Below the pieces are notes generated by a model, which made no database searches, was not told where the DNA came from, and was given only the letters and a program-made list of their open reading frames with translations. Shown here piece by piece: positions 1 to 14,148 of a DNA stretch of 64,000 bases. Position 1 is the first letter of the stretch. The number at the start of each line of letters is the position of its first letter. The DNA lies in NCBI RefSeq assembly GCF_009914755.1, contig NC_060925.1; one strand, 5' to 3'. A program made the translations under genes and the position numbers. The DNA comes from the human T2T-CHM13v2.0 reference genome, Homo sapiens.

Positions 1-430
1 GGATGAAGGGATAAACAAAATGTGGCATATACATACAATGGAATATTATTTAGTCTTAAAAGGAAAGGGAATTCTGACATATGCTTCAATGTGAATAAAC
101 CCTGAGAACATTGTGCTAAGTGAAACAGCACAATCACAAAAGGACAAGTAACGTGTGGTTCCACTTATATAAGCTACCTAGTGTTGTCAAACTCCTAGAG
201 ACAGAAAACAGAATTATGGTTCAGGGGCAGGAGTAGAGAGAAATGGGGAGTTAGTTTTAATGGTTACAGAGCTTCAGTTTTGTAAGATGAAAAGAATCCT
301 GTGGATGATGGTGATGGTAGCATAACAATGTGACTGTGCTTAATGCCGCTGAACTGTATACTTAAAATGGATAAAGCTGATACATTTTATGTTATGGCTA
401 TTTTATCATAATTAAAAACAAGTAAAAATA
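1..430 (+). mobile_element. Old L1 (L1MA/L1MB-type) 3' end
   Basis: ataaacaaaatgtggcatatacatacaatggaatattatt...gtgcttaatgccgctgaactgtatacttaaaatgg matches the L1M 3' UTR; A-rich end. Confidence 0.85.
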
Positions 431-1101
431 AAGACAAGAAATTGGAGCATGATTTTGATAAAAATACAAAACCTCACAGAGAAGGGGAAAATTGTTAACA
501 TAAATAGAGTCCCAAAGCCCCTTCCCATTAATGAGGGAGAGATCTATGAAGTTCTAGTGCCTGTTTAGAGTCTCTACTTTTGGGGGAAATGAAGGGCGAC
601 AGAAGGCAAATAACTAAGTTTAGGAAAACAGCTCATTCTGTATTGATTCTAAAGGACTTTTGAAGAATATAAACCTGTGCTGTCTCCCATTTCTATAGCT
701 CATGCATGGTAGAATATATGCATACACACACACAAAAAGAATGCATGAGCACAAAACCTAGTCTAGCCCTTCTCTTTATTGTCTAGGTAGTTCCCTTTCT
801 GCAAGAAAAGTCAGCTTTAGAGTAGTCTCCTCACTTAATATCTTTCTAACGAGCCACACCCTCCCTCCTCTGTGACCCTACAGCCACTGTGCATGCTTGT
901 GTTAGAGTGCTCATCTCTCTGAATATCGTCTGTGGCCCTGCCTGAGTCCACACTTGCCTAGGAGCTCCTTGAAAACAAAGACTATGTCTAAATTATTCAT
1001 GCTGGCCCTTTGTAGGTGCCCAATCAGTGTTTGGGGAATGGATGACTGACACACCATCTACATTATGAAGCACATTGTTACCTCCAGAGCGTCAAGATAC
1101 T

Positions 1102-2095
<994 letters not shown>

Positions 2096-2689
2096 GTGAG
2101 ATTAAATACAGATTTTAGCAATGTGATTTCACTGAAATTTACTTTGGATTGGTGTATGTATGGAGCGGTCAGTAATATGATATATGTGATTTTGGGAGGA
2201 GGTCTGATTTTTTAAGAAAAAAATCCCACCAACTACAACTGATAATTTTATTAAAATAATTCCTTTTCCCCATGATCACGAATGATCACATCTTTATCAA
2301 TGTCAACTGTTTTCAGCTGCCTGACTTATTTTCCCTTTATTTATACTGGATTTCTTTCCATTATAAGGTTTCATTTGAACAGTCAATCAACTGCTTGAGA
2401 AATAGACTCACTGCTATAACATTACCCATTCATTTAAAACTTGAATTTTCACTCCATTGAGAGATCCTAAGACTGTAGCTGTGTGCTAGTTACTATGCTG
2501 GATAGCCACTGAGGTGAACAAGACCCTGTCATCACTGCTAAGGAGTTCATGCTCAATATATAAACTATTTATCATCAATGCAACAAGACAAATGCTGTGT
2601 GAGAGAGGTCGGTACTTGGCAGCTTGGAGGTCTTATGGGGCACAGTTAACCCTGTGCATGTTAGGAAAGTGACCTCTTGTGCAACACCT

Positions 2690-3146
2690 CTCATCATCTC
2701 AGCACACCTTTTACTCCAGCTATTGCCATGGCAACAAGCTTCACACAAGTGCAAACTGACAGCACCGTGCATCTCTCCCTTTCTGCATCAGGGCTCCTCA
2801 GGCTCAAGCACAACCTGGAAAAACGAAGGTGTTAATGTTCCATGAGGCAACTGATGACCAATGGGGAGCAGGAGCTGGTGAATGAATGTTCCCTTCATCC
2901 ATCCTGCAGGTAACAGTTCTGAAGTCCATCCTTTGCAGATCCTCAAGTGGTCCATGTTTGGTGGAGCTCCAGTGGCCCACAGAAGGGAACAACTCAGTAT
3001 TTATTTTATATTGACTCTCTCCCCTTCACTGTTTCCCTCTTTTCCAGTCCTGCTCCATAAGCCTTGGGATCACTTCCTAAATAAATCATGATCTTCAAGC
3101 CCTATCTCAGGTTCTGCTTTCCTGGGGAAGTCCCAAATTAAGACAG
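2690..3146 (+). mobile_element. ERVL solo LTR (LTR16/LTR33-like)
   Basis: 3' end cttcctaaataaa...tctcaggttctgctttcctggggaagtcccaaattaagaca is typical of LTR16-family ends. Confidence 0.6.
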
Positions 3147-3424
3147 TAGTGTTTGACCTGGGTTTTGAAAATTGAGCATGAGTTTTTTAAGTGGAGAAAT
3201 AGAGATAGAGAAAGAACATTCCAGGCAAAGGGAGAAACATGAGCAAAGGTCAGTGGGCATGAACGGTACAGAATGTGTTTAGGGATTAGCAGTAATATAC
3301 TGTGGCTGAAGCATGGGGTATACAGAGAGTCTGAGGAGGAGATTACTGGTGGGAAGTTTTGTTGGTTGAGAAACACCTATCAGATATACTGAGCTAAGAA
3401 TACTGGAAAAATGTTCACCCAAAA

Positions 3425-3655
3425 TTATGTTTGTTGTTTGCTTTCCTCTCGAGCTTCTACATTGTTCTTCATCTCTGGGAAATCAGTGACCCATGGACTG
3501 GACAATAACTTTGAGCCATGCAGTCAAAATAAAATGGAATATTTAAGTGAAAGATCAGGTTCTGGAAAATAAAACTGCTCGTAGCTGCATATTATCTACC
3601 GGTGAGTAAAACAAGTTTACTGCCACCATCTTAGTGTGACTAAAAGAGGGAGATC
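3425..3655 (-). pseudogene. Decayed gene, candidate exon 10 (probably last coding exon)
   Basis: Long pyrimidine tract ...tttatttccttgaaattctttag|; SPSFSHTKMVAVNLFYSPVDNMQLRAV (frameshift) YFPEPDLSLKYSILF*LHGSKLLSSPWVTDFPEMKNNVEAREESKQQT-TAA. Confidence 0.6.
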
Positions 3656-3959
3656 CTAAAGAATTTCAAGGAAATAAAGAAAAGTAAATGGAAATGGATT
3701 GTGTAATATTCGTTATTATTGATTAAATTTATAAAATAGCAGTGCATTTTTATTGTTTTATTAATGCGAACAAAAAATTTTATAAGAGCTTTTGTATAAT
3801 CATTCCTTACTTCACTACCTTATTTACTCTTAAGGACTTAACTACAAATACTCTCGCAAGGAGGGTGGTGCTTTTGGGTTTGAAAGGGAATTTCAAACCT
3901 CTTTACTTTAGCATTGTCTGTCTCTTGTCTTATGTAATAACTGCCATATTTAATCAAAC

Positions 3960-4110
3960 TTAAATTGCATTGTAATGGATAGTAAGTGACTCCATTATTT
4001 TATGTGCCCCTAAAAGACAAAAAAGGTCTGCCAATTATGTTTTGACACGGTGTCAATTGTAAGATGCATCCTAGTTCCAGAGATGTGAGAAAATATGTAG
4101 CTTAAAGTTA
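3960..4110 (-). mobile_element. TcMar MITE remnant (MER104-like)
   Basis: ctgccaattat...tcaattgtaagatgcatcctagttccagagatgtg resembles MER104 reverse complement. Confidence 0.5.
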
Positions 4111-4252
4111 TTTCTCCCACCTGATTTTGGGTTCTGAAGGCAGGGATCCGACTTGTTCAACTTTGGCTCTTTCTAACACTTGGTACAATTCTTCATACAT
4201 ATATGATTCATATGTGTTCAACAAATATTTGTTGAATTAAACTGAACAGGTC

Positions 4253-4665
4253 TGTATTAGTCTGCTCTTGCATTGTAATAAAGAGCTACCTGAGACTGGG
4301 TAATTTATGAAGAAAAGTGGTTTAATTGGCTCACATTTCCACAGGCAGTATAGGAAGCATGAATGAGGAGGCCTCAGGAAACTTACAATCATGGCAGAAA
4401 GTGAAACGGAAGCAGGCACATCTTACATGGCTGCAGTAGGAGGAAGGTGGGGGTGGGAAGGTGCTGCACACTTTTAAACAACCAGATCTCTTGATAATTC
4501 AGTCAACAGCCTGAGAACAGCACCCGGGATGGGGGGATGGCATTAAACCATTAGAAACTGCCCCTATGATCCAATCACCTCCCACCAGGCCCCACCTCCA
4601 ACACTGAGGATTACAATTGAACATGAGATTTGGGTGGGGACACAGACTGCATCCAAGCCACATCA
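4253..4665 (-). mobile_element. MaLR solo LTR (MSTA/MSTB)
   Basis: tgtattagtc...ccacatca with perfect 5-bp TSD AGGTC (4248-4252, 4666-4670). Confidence 0.92.
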
Positions 4666-4710
4666 AGGTCTCTATCTTTACCTATTTTGACACAGCTCCT
4701 AATGTCCTAC

Positions 4711-4938
4711 CTCAGACATAGGACATTTCATAGGATGAGAATCTCATCATCTATTTTAGAACCCTGCATAATATAATAAAATAGACCTACTAAGAGCATC
4801 AACAAAAATCTCATATTGCCATCTTTTTGTTTATTCTGACTTGAGGACTTAAAGTGTAGAAGGTCTTCCACAATGTGTTTTACGTATAAACTCCATGCCA
4901 CAGGTTGTTTTCTATCACATTTATGAGAAAGCCAAGAA
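4711..4938 (-). pseudogene. Decayed gene, candidate exon 9
   Basis: 82-nt GT..AG intron from exon 8, phase 1 matches; FLGFLINVIENNLWHGVYT*NTLWKTFYTLSPQVRINK; donor uncertain (after 4791 a|gtaggt or after 4711 gag|gtagga). Confidence 0.62.
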
Positions 4939-5020
4939 CTGTTTTTAGAAAGTCATTGTTTAGGTAAAATATGATAGTAAAAATAATTTTGAAAGTACAG
5001 ATATTGTGTTAATTATTTAC

Positions 5021-5430
5021 ATATGAGGGTGTGTTTTGAAGGCCACATGCTGTCCCTAACTGTTCTAACCCTTCGAGGGATTTACTTTGGAAGAAAAAAC
5101 TGGACATCAAGGAATTATTCATATACATTTTCTGTGTTTTCATTTAAGATGGGAAGGGATTTTTCAAGGTTTTCCACGCTTTTATTTGATTTAATTTCAT
5201 GCTCACTGAAGCCCATTTCCATCACAGTCACCAACACCTTGAACTTGCTGTGATTTTCCCCTGTTAAGCAGCCCAGATGAGATTCAGTAAGATTCTTGGC
5301 TTCTAGGCCCCATGTCTTGGAAACAGACCTCACTGCATCAGTGAAGATTCCAGGGCATTCTTCTTACTGATCCGACTAAGCCTTTGAAAATATAATATGA
5401 CCACTTGGATTTTTCAGCATTAGCTTGAAT
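5021..5430 (-). pseudogene. Decayed gene, candidate exon 8
   Basis: Acceptor ctccttttatgccag|, donor t|gtaaat; IQANAEKSKWSYYIFKGLVGSVRR (1-nt frameshift) CPGIFTDAVRSVSKTWGLEAKNLTESHLGC...NLEKSLPILNENTENVYE*FLDVQFFLPK*IPRRVRTVRDSMWPSKHTLI. Confidence 0.72.
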
Positions 5431-5764
5431 CTGGCATAAAAGGAGCCAGAGATGTTGGAAGGCTCTGTCGCCTGGGGGTGCAGTGGTTACACCTCATTAG
5501 CCCCAGAGCAAGGGCCCCTTTCCCCTTTTTCCTTGGGCCTCTGTATCTTCCCATCCTGGCCTGGGGCTGAGACTGCCTGGGCCTGGGGGAGGGAGCACAG
5601 AGTCATCTGAGGCCCTTCCCAGGACAGCCTGTAGACCCACACCCACCCTTACATTCTACAGCAGGGATTTCATCTTTATTTCCATTTTGTCTGATCACGG
5701 CTTGTTCTAATTTAAGAACTTAGGTGGATTCTCAGAAAGAAAAAGGTGATGTTCACTGGCATGA

Positions 5765-5940
5765 ACAGTGAATGGTGGAGTGGAACGTGAACAGGCTGGA
5801 GCTCTGGCTGTGCCATTTATTAGCCATGTGCCTTTAGAAGGTCCTCATCTTCTCCAGCCTCAGTTTCACCATCTGTAATGGTAGGTAAGAACCTCTACTT
5901 CAGAAGGCTGTTGGAAAGACGAAATGGTATGAGACAAAAT
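5765..5940 (+). mobile_element. MIR
   Basis: ctctggctgtgccatttattagccatgtg...cctcagtttcaccatctgtaa MIR core. Confidence 0.7.
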
Positions 5941-7344
5941 GAAATAATGACATCCTAAGTGGAAAGGGCTCGCCTGGGGTCTGGTTAACAAGTATCACTG
6001 CCTCAGGTAACAGTCTTTCTCAGCAGTGCTGCATACAAACCTCCTCTGGCTTTGACCTTAACAGCCATTGTAGGTCAGTGTTCATAGCAGCCCCCACTCA
6101 AGTGAGGGTCCAGCTCTGCAATGAGTTGTGCCTAAGAAGGTCACAGGGGACCAGCCCCTGCTGTGTAGCGCAGGGAGGAGGGCTCTGTCATTTCTGGCCA
6201 TCATGGCCCTTTGCAGTCAGCCTCAGCCTGAGATAAATATCACACTCTTGCATCTCACTTTATATCTGAGATCATCTGGCCCTGCCCACATCCTCCTCTG
6301 CTAAATGAGTAGAACAGACGGACTCTAAAGCTGCAGAATGATTTTAAAAATAAATAAAACCAAATAACAACTTGAGTCTAATGATTTCCCTTCAGGTTGT
6401 GCAAGCAGGAAAGTTTAAAATCACATAAGAATGACTTGAGGGAAAAGAACACCCCTTTCTGCTCCCGGTAAACACAATCAGCTTTGCTGGTCTGGGTTTT
6501 TTAATGATCTGCATTTACAGGAGTATCCATGACCCAGAGAGAGTATCAGTGTCAAGAATCTGCCAGTGAGAAAGTGATTTGAAGCAGCTCTGGAGTTCAG
6601 ATGGCCACGGGTGCAAGTGCCTGCTCTGGTGTGCTTTGCCTCTGGAAAGATGCCAAGTCTTTGAGAATCTTTGCTGCATCAGCCATGCTACATCCTGAGG
6701 ACTTGGAGGTGAGGAAATCCTGTGTGCACTTGTTTCCTTCCCTTCAAATGATATATCCCAGAAAAATGGCAAGCTCTCTGCTTACTAACTCTTTTCTTTT
6801 TCTTTAGTTCCCCCTTAGCTTTCTCTCTCCTTTCTTCCGTCTTTCTCTTGCCTCCTTTCATTTTTGGTAAAATCCAAAGCGAAATGTCAACTCAGAGGAC
6901 ATAGCTGTTTGTCTTCACCACCTACAAACTGTATTTCCTGGATCAAGCCGCTTAACTCCATTGAACTGTTTTTAGCATCCTGAAAATGGGGAATCACACT
7001 TTCCACTTATCCAAGCATTTGCTCACTCGTTTATTAATAATGTAACACCCTTGAATGCCAGGCCCTGAACTGAAGATATGGTCCTGACCCACTGGGTAGT
7101 CACAGGAGAGTGGAGAATAATGCTTCATTTGCTATGTTGCTTCAAGAATTACATAAAATAAGGCAGTTAAAAATATTTTGTGAACCAAATAGTGCATTAT
7201 GAAAAGATATTAACACTTCTTACTTTCTTATAGCAATTTCTAAATGATTTAATTTCTGCCATCAAAATATCCCCCTTGTGTTGATCTAAACCATCAGATT
7301 GCAAGGTAAAGCCCTGATGTAACTGATGAGATGAAGAACACTGT

Positions 7345-7720
7345 ATGGCCATTATTTTAGGTACGATAAACATTTGACTTCTCTTACAGAGACCTAAGGA
7401 AAATGACTTAAATAGGGTAGAAATGTCTTTCTCATGTAACAAGCCATGCATTAGCAGACCAGGGCTAGTGTGACAGTTCCTCCATGGGTCACTGTGTGGT
7501 TCATTAAGGTGTTGTCCTCCTTGGCATGACCCACGATGGCTGCCAGTGTAACAGCTGAATGTCAACCAGCAAGACAGAGGTGAGGGGTGGGGAGGAGGGC
7601 ATGCCTCTTCCCTCTGAGAAATTGCCCACCTACTTCTGTTTATGTCCCATGAGCCAAAATTTAGAATTAGGTGTCTCCACCTAGCTTCAGGGAGGCTTGG
7701 GAACTGAAGTCTTTATCCTG
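7345..7720 (-). mobile_element. MLT1-family LTR fragment
   Basis: gacttaaatagggtagaaatgtctttctcatgtaacaag...ccacctagcttcagggaggcttgggaactg. Confidence 0.55.
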
Positions 7721-7734
7721 GGCATTCTAGCATA

Positions 7735-8500
7735 CCCTACATCCAATCTGTCAAAGTTGCATTTAGAATCCAGCCCCTTCTCACCACCTTTACTTCTTTC
7801 ATGGCGGTCCAAGCCACTTTCACTGGATGACGGCAGTAGCCACCTAACTGGCTTCTCTGCTTCTTCTCTTGCCCTCCACTGAAATCTTTGCTCAGCGCAG
7901 CTTGAATAATGACTCTTTTAGGATGTAAGCCAGATTTTTCAACTCCTCTGCTCAAACCCCTGCAATGGCTTGCTAGGCCCTGTGGGATTAGGCCTTTGCT
8001 ACCTGTCCCTTCCTTCCATCCTCCCTCCTCCCTTGCTTACTCCACTCCAGCCACATCTGCTCCCTTCCTGGCCTCAGGAAGGCAGACATGCTGTTGGGTA
8101 GGGATTTTCATCGGTCGTTCCTTCAGCCTAAAAATTGTCCATTTCAGATATTCACAGGGCTCATTCCCTCGCCTCCTTCAAATCTTTCCTCAAATGTCAC
8201 CTTCTTATAGAGGTCTATCATGACTTCTCTACTTAAAATGGCAAGACCTGCTTCCCAACTTTTGGCACTCCTAATCTGCCTTATCTTATTCTTTTTTTTT
8301 TTTTTTTTTTTCACAGCAGGGACATTTTCTAATATAGGTTTATACTTTACTTATTTACTATCTTTAGTGTGTGTGTGTGTGTGTGCCTCTTCCCTTGCTA
8401 GAATGACAGCTCCCTGAAGGCAAGGATTTTTTTTTCTTCCCTGATGTATCCCCAGTACCTAAAAGAGTGCCTGGTGTATAATAGATAATAAATATTTCTT
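7735..8500 (+). mobile_element. L2 3' region
   Basis: ctcaaatgtcaccttc...agctccctgaaggcaagga...gtgcctggtgtataatagataataaatatttcttgaat. Confidence 0.75.
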
Positions 8501-8719
8501 GAATATAAGCTTGCATGAAGAGATGGAGCCGAATCCAGTTCTGATGACATCATTTGAGCTCTGGTTCCATGTGCCTAAAGCAAGAATTCTACACTTTTCA
8601 GTTCCATGGGTCAATAAATTTTCTTTTGTTTATTTATTTAATTGGAAGACTATTATTTAACTAAATCAATTAGAATTGGGTTTCTGATATCTGCAAGAGA
8701 AGAGCCCTGGCCTTCACAG

Positions 8720-9126
8720 GGAGCTAATATAAAGTCATAGAAGACCTCTCTGAGGAAGAAACATTTAAGCTGATGCCTGGAGGAGGAATGGGAACTAGTC
8801 ATAGCAAGATTGTGGGGGCGGATGGCAAGATAGGACAGTGCAGGGAGAATATTCCAGGATGGTATCGTGGGAGCCCCAAGGCAGGCAGACATTGAAAGCT
8901 GGCCACCAAGGCTAGAATACAATGAATGAGCTGGAGAGTGGTGTGAGATGAAGCCAGGAGGTAGGCTGAGGCCAGATCACAGGGGCCCTAGGAATCACCA
9001 GGGAGGATTTTTAATGATATTCTTGGTGCAATGGAAAGCTATTTATGGGGCTTTAAGCAGAAGAGTGGCATATCTAGTATACTTTTCTCAAAGATCACTT
9101 TGGGTATTGGATGGCTAATAGACTGT

Positions 9127-9177
<51 letters not shown>

Positions 9178-9440
9178 CGGGGAGACTATTGTGAAAGTGG
9201 GGAGAGCAGGGGTCCAGATGGGAAACAACAGTGTTTGGACATGGGTAGTGGCAATGGAGAGAACTAGATGAAATTGAGATATATTTTGGAGGTATAATCA
9301 ACAGGCTTTGGTGACAGATTGGCTGTGGGGGTGAGGAAGAGGGAGGCAACAGGAATAACTCCTAGGTTTTCAGCTTGAGCAGTGCGAGGGATGCAGGTGC
9401 CGTTTGCTGAGATATGGAAGATTGGAGCAGGAGGAACGTC
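8720..9440 (-). mobile_element. L2 fragment containing a (TG)n
   Basis: ggctttaagcagaagagtggcat...ctcctaggttttcagcttgagcag is L2 antisense. Confidence 0.7.
9129..9175. repeat. (TG)23 microsatellite
   Basis: Direct inspection. Confidence 0.98.
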
Positions 9441-9753
9441 GGGAAGAAGCTCCTGGTCAGAGGCAGCCTGGCCTGGCACTAGGTGCTTCTTGGCAGAGCA
9501 TCGGTGACACTTCCTGCCATAGTTAGACACTGACTTATCTTGAATGTGTTGGACAAGCAACTTGTTGCAGCACATTAAAATTCCTTTTCCATGAGGGAAA
9601 AGTAAGGACAACAGTCTATTTGCTCTATTTTTCTCTGCAGATAATTTGGTGGTAGTAAATTCTCTCAAAGTGAGAACACAGATGCAGCCAAGAGCTGGGC
9701 CATGCTGGGATCATGGTGTTGAGGGCAGCTCTTGCTCATGGAGCTGTATTTGA

Positions 9754-10221
<468 letters not shown>

Positions 10222-10248
10222 GAGAAGGTGTTTTTAAAATAAACAAAA

Positions 10249-10357
10249 GGTTGATGATTGTGGGTTAGCAGAACTTACTAACATTAATGTCACTAAAGTT
10301 GGTATACAGCCCCCATCCACTGCTAAATTTGGCTGGCTTTTAAAAGAAAAATAAAAT
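10249..10357 (+). pseudogene. Y RNA (hY4/RNY4) retropseudogene
   Basis: gtgggttagcagaacttactaacattaatgtcactaaagttggtatacagccccc..cactgctaaatttggctggctttt closely matches RNY4; A tail; TSD aaaataaacaaaag (10236-10249, 10358-10371). Confidence 0.93.
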
Positions 10358-11012
10358 AAAATAAACAAAAGCTGGAAAGGATGAAGGAGGCCCTTGGATG
10401 AAACAAGTTACTAAGTGGGCTTTAATAATTCATTCATATTCTCAAAGTGACAATTTACTCTCTCAGGCCAGCCTAAGCTTTTGAGCCACCCCAGTAGGCT
10501 TATTCTCCTCCCTTCAGTATCAAAATATGAATACACAAATAACGGTTAAGATTTTACAGTAGCATAACATGTTTGGAATGTAAATTTGGGGCGAGGGAAA
10601 GGAAGAATATAAAGTTTGTTGCTGTTGGCACTTAAAAAGTGCAAGTTGTAGAGTCCGACAGACTGAAGTCTGAATATATACTCTGTCATGTGTAGCTGTG
10701 CGATCTTTAACAAATTACCTAGCCTCTCTGGGTCTCACTTTTCCAATATGTAAAATACAGGCATGTAGAGCTCAGTTCCTGCCTCATAGGATAGTTGTGA
10801 GGACCAACTGAGATCCTGGTGTGGAGGAAGAGGCCAGTCAACGTGAGCTACTATTTGGTGTTTTACAAGCACTTTAAAAACAGAAGTTAAAAAAAAAGTA
10901 TTTTGATCACTCAGAGAGAATAGTGTTAACACTTTGAGCCTTTTTTAGATGTATTTTTTGTCCTGTACATTTGTATTACATAGTTATGGTTATATTGAAT
11001 TTTGTATCCTGC

Positions 11013-11398
11013 TGTTAGAGTCAGCTCAGGCTGCTATGACAAGATACCACAGACTGGGTGGCTTAAACAACAGACTTACTTCTCACAGTTCTGAAGGCTG
11101 GAATGTCCGAGATCAAGGTGCTGGCAGATTCACTGTCTGGTGAGAGCCTGCTTCCTGCCTCATAGATGGTGCCTGCTTGTGGTGTCCTTACATGGCCTTT
11201 CCTCAGTGTGTGCTTGTGGAGAGAGAGGTGTCACTTTCTTGCTCTTCTTATAAGGGCACTAATCCCATCATGAGGGGCCCAGTCTCATGACTTAATTTAA
11301 ACTCAATCACCTTCCAAAGGCCCCATCTGCTAATACCATCACATTAGGGGACTTCAACATAGGAATGTTGGGAGGATGCAAACATTCAGTTCACAACA
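11013..11398 (-). mobile_element. MLT1A-type solo LTR
   Basis: gctgctatgacaagataccacagactgggtggcttaaacaacag...attcagttcacaaca. Confidence 0.88.
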
Positions 11399-11479
11399 CC
11401 TATTTTTTGTCTTTTAATATTATTAGGCCATCAACATTCTTCCTATTTTTTCAGTTATGTCCCAAATAAAGGTCTTATT

Positions 11480-11930
11480 TTTTCATCACAACTTTATTAA
11501 TATATAGTTCATATACCATAACTTTCACCCTTTAAGGCATACAAATCAACTTTAAAAAAATCATATTCACAGACTTGTGTAACCATCACCATCATCTAAT
11601 TTTAGAACATCAGTTTCACCCCAAAAAGAAACCTCATCAGCTGTCACTCCTTTCCTTCTTCTCAACCTCTGGCAACCGCTAGTCAACTTTCTGTCTTCCT
11701 AGATTTTCCTATTCTGGATAGTTCATGTAAATGGAATCATATAATATGTAGTGCTTTGTAACTTCTTTCACTTAGCATCATGTTTTCAAGGTTCATCCAT
11801 GTTGAGTACTTCATTCCTTTTTGTTGCCAAATAATACTCAATTGTATTACATTTTGTTTACCCATTCTTCAGTTGATGGACATTTGGGTTGTTTTCATTT
11901 TTTGGCTAGTATGAATAATGCTGCTATTAT
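11480..11930 (-). mobile_element. L1MB-type 3' end
   Basis: catgtaaatggaatcatataatatgtag...cagttgatggacatttgggttg. Confidence 0.85.
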
Positions 11931-12024
11931 TTTAAATTCTGCATTCAAAATTTACTGAGTGGATGAATAAATTAAGGAAATGCAATTATCATACAAAATA
12001 GGCAGAAAATGCCATATCTGTAAC

Positions 12025-12092
12025 CTTAACAGAATTTTCATTCTTTTTTTTGTCCTGAACAGCAAGAATAATTGGAAGTAGCACAGCGGTAA
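12025..12092 (-). pseudogene. Decayed gene, candidate exon 6
   Basis: Acceptor ctttattatttctttcag|; open LPLCYFQLFLLFRTKKRMKILL; weak donor ag|gttaca; phase 0 in, phase 2 out. Confidence 0.62.
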
Positions 12093-12228
12093 CTGAAAGA
12101 AATAATAAAGGCCCAACAGAATTCAATAGAGCAGATGCACATTGTCGGCTTCAGGCTGACCAAGGAAATCAGAAGTTGTGTTTGAGTTTTGTACAGGTTA
12201 TGATGGCAGTCTATGGGGCTTTGTTTAC

Positions 12229-12404
12229 CAACTTGGCTTTGGTGGAAAGTTTTTGTCTTACTCTTTGTAATGTGCTTAATATAAGCCATTCATCGAAAGT
12301 GTCAAGAGAAACCAGCAAACTTACTAACCATGACTCTAATTCTTTTAGGTCATTTGTAAATTTGAGGAAATTAAACACATTATTAGCAATATGGGCAAGA
12401 ATTG
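12229..12404 (-). pseudogene. Decayed gene, candidate exon 5
   Basis: Branch-like cctaac plus pyrimidine tract; 58 open codons ILAHIANNVFNFLKFTNDLKELESWLVSLLVSLDTFDEWLILSTLQRVRQKLSTKAKL; donor ttg|gtaaac. Confidence 0.72.
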
Positions 12405-12874
12405 CTTATAAGCAAGGGCATAGGGCAAGTTAGGAATCGGCTTAACACTCGACCATTTACTTTGCTGTATGTCAGAGCTGGAAGCTTGGGGGTCTCCCTG
12501 AGGTGCCAGTCTCAATACTCCCCACTGGTTCTGAACCAGTTGAGTCAAAGAGAAGATAAACACACCAGATTTAGACTGACAAAAGTAGCCTCACCCTGAA
12601 GCAAAATTGGCTTCTTCATACTTAGCTACCTAGACACAGCTGGGCAAGCAGCCCTCCCCCAAGAAACAACCACCTGCCTCACAGAGCAGAAGGAAGAGAA
12701 AGCTCACAGGTCACAAAATGGGAAGGAAGGGTGGGCCATGTGGGAGCACCAGTTTGAATACCTTAACCCCAGCCGATATGGGATTGTAGACTAATGGAGG
12801 CTAAACTATTGTGAAACCATCCATCACTAATTAGTTAGCAAGAGGCAGGAGGACCAAAAATTTTATTCTAGCAG

Positions 12875-13400
12875 AATGCCCTGGCTTTCTACTGCTGCTT
12901 TACAAACCATTCCTAAACCAGTGGTTACCTAGACAGAGTACAATTTTCTCTCACAGTTCTGTTTAGCTGGGTGGTTCTCACTCAGGGTCTTTCATACAAT
13001 TATAGTCAGAGATGGTGGCTGGCTCTGGAGTTTTCTGAATACTTCTTCACTTGTGCCTGGTATGTGGGCTGGGATGGCTGGTGTGCCAGGGCATCTCTTC
13101 TCCCATTGGCCTCCCTACTTTTCTAGCTTGGGCTTCTTCACAGCATGAAAGACTTAGACTAATCAGATTTTTTTTTTTTATGTGGCAGCTGACTTCCCCC
13201 ATAGCTAATTTTTCTAGAGGCCCAGATGAAAGCTACAAGGTTTCTTACAAGCTGGCTTTGTAAGTCCCAGAACATGATTTCTATTACATTCTGTTGGTCA
13301 AGCAAGTCACTAACATTAGCTCAGACTCAAGGGGTGGAGAATTAGACTCCACTAGTCAGTGACAGGAATAGTAAAAAAATTACAGCCATGTTTAATTTAC
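12875..13400 (-). mobile_element. MLT1 (F/G/H-type) LTR
   Basis: ctctcacagttctg...attctgttggtcaagcaagtcact...gactcaaggggtggagaattagactccac. Confidence 0.7.
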
Positions 13401-14148
13401 TTTACAGAAATGCCTTCATGAAAACATAAGGACAGGGGATAGCAGCTAACAATGCTTGAAATACTATATGTCAGGGACACATTGCATTATCATGTTCACT
13501 CTCACAAGAGCCCACAAGGTGAAGTGTCATTTTCCCCATTTTACAGGTGAGGAATCTGAGGCCCAGAGGTTAAGTTACTTGCTGGTCAATAGGTGGTAGA
13601 GAAAAACAAAAAACAAAAACACTGTTATGTCTGATTCCAAAGCCTTTATTATTTCTGCTATACCACACTATTATTCATCTATTATAAATCTCTCATTACA
13701 CAGAAGAGAAAATTGCACCCCCTTAAATGCTTTTGAACTAGCAGACTTGGAAAACAGTAACTTTTATGACAGTTTCACTGGTTAAATATTTGCTCTGGTC
13801 CAATATTTCATAAGTTAATTTTGAGCAAAATCCATACTCTACGATATGGAGTTCCCTATTAGGTGGGAAAGGATGCTTTCAACCAGGACCTCATCAAGGG
13901 AGCTTTCCTGGAACCCAGAAGGAGATCCTATCACCCATCAGATTGCCAGAGGATGAAATTTCTTAGAAGCCCCTCTCACATCATGCTCCCCGGTTTTTCA
14001 CTTAGAACACTATAGCACTCTTACTCCATCCTAGAATCAAATCCAAGCCCTTACATTAAATAAAACTCTTCATTAGTGCTTGTCAACTCTATAACACCCA
14101 CTTGTAGTAATACACATTATACGTATCTCCTTTAAAAATCCTGAAATA

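Noticed and set aside
3454-3601. Plus-strand exon ending in ccg|gtgagt with vague NPHP3/TTC41-like motif
   Set aside because: Poor acceptor (GAG), needs a frameshift, and has no consistent partner exons. No gene name can be supported.
4217-4236. Perfect 20-bp palindrome ttcaacaaatatttgttgaa
   Set aside because: Common self-complementary L2 3' terminal motif.
6500-6920. Possible extra minus-strand exon with a K/E-rich stretch
   Set aside because: Explained by a purine-rich low-complexity tract; flanking exons already join in phase without it.
12063-12430. Plus-strand exon reading (acceptor ...tgtcctgaacag|, TPR-like look)
   Set aside because: Many stops and no phase-matched neighbours; the minus-strand reading is open and phase-consistent.
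13760-13907. Minus-strand acceptor followed by ESSLDEVLVESILSHLIG
   Set aside because: Phase 0 does not fit between exons 4 and 5, stops follow quickly, and there is no good donor.
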